Shown: piece by piece, positions 34,372-35,863 of the stretch
Layout of the letters: each line of letters opens with the position of its first letter
Numbering within the stretch: position 1 is the first letter of the stretch
Origin: Octopus sinensis
Lineage: Eukaryota
Direction of reading: 5' to 3'
DNA: 35,863 bases
Assembly (NCBI RefSeq): GCF_006345805.1
Contig: NW_021831714.1
Location: forward strand, 1 to 35,863
Made by a program: the position numbers and the translations under genes
The notes under the pieces: generated by a model
What the model saw: only the letters and a program-made list of their open reading frames with translations
Told to the model about the DNA's origin: nothing
The model's database searches: none

Positions 34372-34729
34372 CGTTTTGCAACCATAATATATAACAAACT
34401 ATATTAAAGATTTATGAGTCAATACTACGAAAACAACGCACTGCTAACACAAAGAAGTTCATATTATTGATTTGTAAATCTTTAATATACTCTCTAGTAC
34501 ATTATGGTTAAATAACAAAATGCGGTGTCCCTACAAGTAATTAGTGTGTATCTACCAGTTGCTAACAATGTAGAATATGTAAATTGATATATCCAATAGT
34601 GTTACACCGCTAAACTTGGTTGCACTTCAATACATCCAAGTTGTTTCTGAAAAAAGGAGTCACAATTTACCATCAAATTTAGCCTAAACACCCTTTTTCT
34701 ATCACAGTTATAGATGTATACTATATAAA

Positions 34730-35670
34730 TATGTATGTATGTATGTATGTATGTGTGTATGTATGTATGTATGTATGTATGTATGTATGTATGTATGTAT
34801 GCATGTAAGTGTGTGTGTATGTATGTATGTATGTGTGTATGTGAGTATGTATGTAAGTATGTATGTATGTACGTATGTATGTATGTATGTGTGTATGTAT
34901 GTATGTATGTATGTATTTATGTATGTATGCATGTATGTATGTATATATGTGTGTATGTATGGCAATATTCAGTTTTATTTTAAGATTTTTTGCCAATAGA
35001 GAAAGAACTGGTTTCTAACCTAGATCTAAGACTCCTTCATTGGAATTTTAACATTAACAATAGGGTATTTTTATTTGTATGTATGCATGCATGTATGTAT
35101 TTATGTATGTATGTATGTATGTATGTATGTATGTATGTATTATGTAGGTATTATGTATGTATTATGTATGTATGTATGTATGTATTATGTATGTATGTAT
35201 TTATGTATGTATGTATGTATGTATGTATGATTATGTATGTATGTATGTATGTATAGTATGTATGTATGTATTATGTATGTTGTATGTATGTATGTATGTA
35301 TGTAGTATGTATGTATGTCTGTATGTATGATGTGTATGTTTGTATGTATGTATGTATGTATTATGTATGTATGTATGTATGTATGTATGTTGTATTATGT
35401 ATGTATTATGTATGTATGTATGTATGTATGTATTATGTATGTATGTATGTGCAGATTTGTATGTTTTATGTATGTATTCTCATGCATATAGTTCCATATC
35501 TAGACATGCTTGTATGTATGCATTTATGTATGTATATATGTATGTATGTATGTATGTATGAATGTATGTATGTATGTATGAATGTATGTATGTTTGTATG
35601 TATGTATATATGTGTGTTTGTGTGTTTGCGTATGTGTGTATGTGTATATATGTATGCATGTATGTATTTG
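34730..35670. repeat. Long degenerate (TATG)n microsatellite
   Basis: Direct reading. It explains the MYVC-repeat ORFs. Confidence 0.95.
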
Positions 35671-35863
35671 TACGTAATGAAATCATAGTGACGAACGCTT
35701 ACCACTTTATGAGGTTCTGTCACATATACCTACTGACAAAACACTTCAGGTCTTACATCAAACTTTTCCACTTCTAGCTGGACCGTAGGACAACAGCTTG
35801 GAGAACCTCGCTTCTGGTTGTTGTACAGCATGTCCTGACTACAACCAAGAATATTTTGCATTT

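Noticed and set aside
25-35777. Most ORFs in the supplied track (IY-, TH-, VC-, MYVC-, poly-I, poly-N and SL-rich peptides)
   Set aside because: They are translations of microsatellites lacking stop codons in some frames, with no domain signal.

Overview
Eukaryotic, very AT-rich, repeat-saturated DNA. It is most likely an Octopus-type cephalopod intergenic or intronic region; this is inferred from the (TA)n/(TACA)n/(TAGA)n density and from tRNA-derived SINE families I recognise from octopus, not from a database search. I can support no intact host gene: almost all ORFs in the track are microsatellite read-throughs. The window is a transposon graveyard: a decayed hAT-like transposase, four Tc1/mariner remnants, a non-autonomous Helitron, a MITE, RTE and HERO-like LINE 3' ends, and about 16 SINE copies or fragments from five working families (my labels A, B, C, D, F). 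The main finding is a concentration of type I hammerhead-ribozyme motifs in Penelope-like (PLE) terminal fragments. Six motifs from five unrelated sequence families, plus two degraded inverted partners, lie within 17.9-25.6 kb, four of them within 1.3 kb. All have a palindromic stem III, three have enlarged or branched stem II insertions, and three loci share a divergent inverted-repeat layout. PLE-associated hammerheads are known; whether these variants are undescribed or active is untested. Other notable items are a CpG-rich 44-bp minisatellite amplified from a SINE B-box module, fold-back inversions around (AT)n tracts, and a chimeric SINE with a perfect 12-bp TSD.
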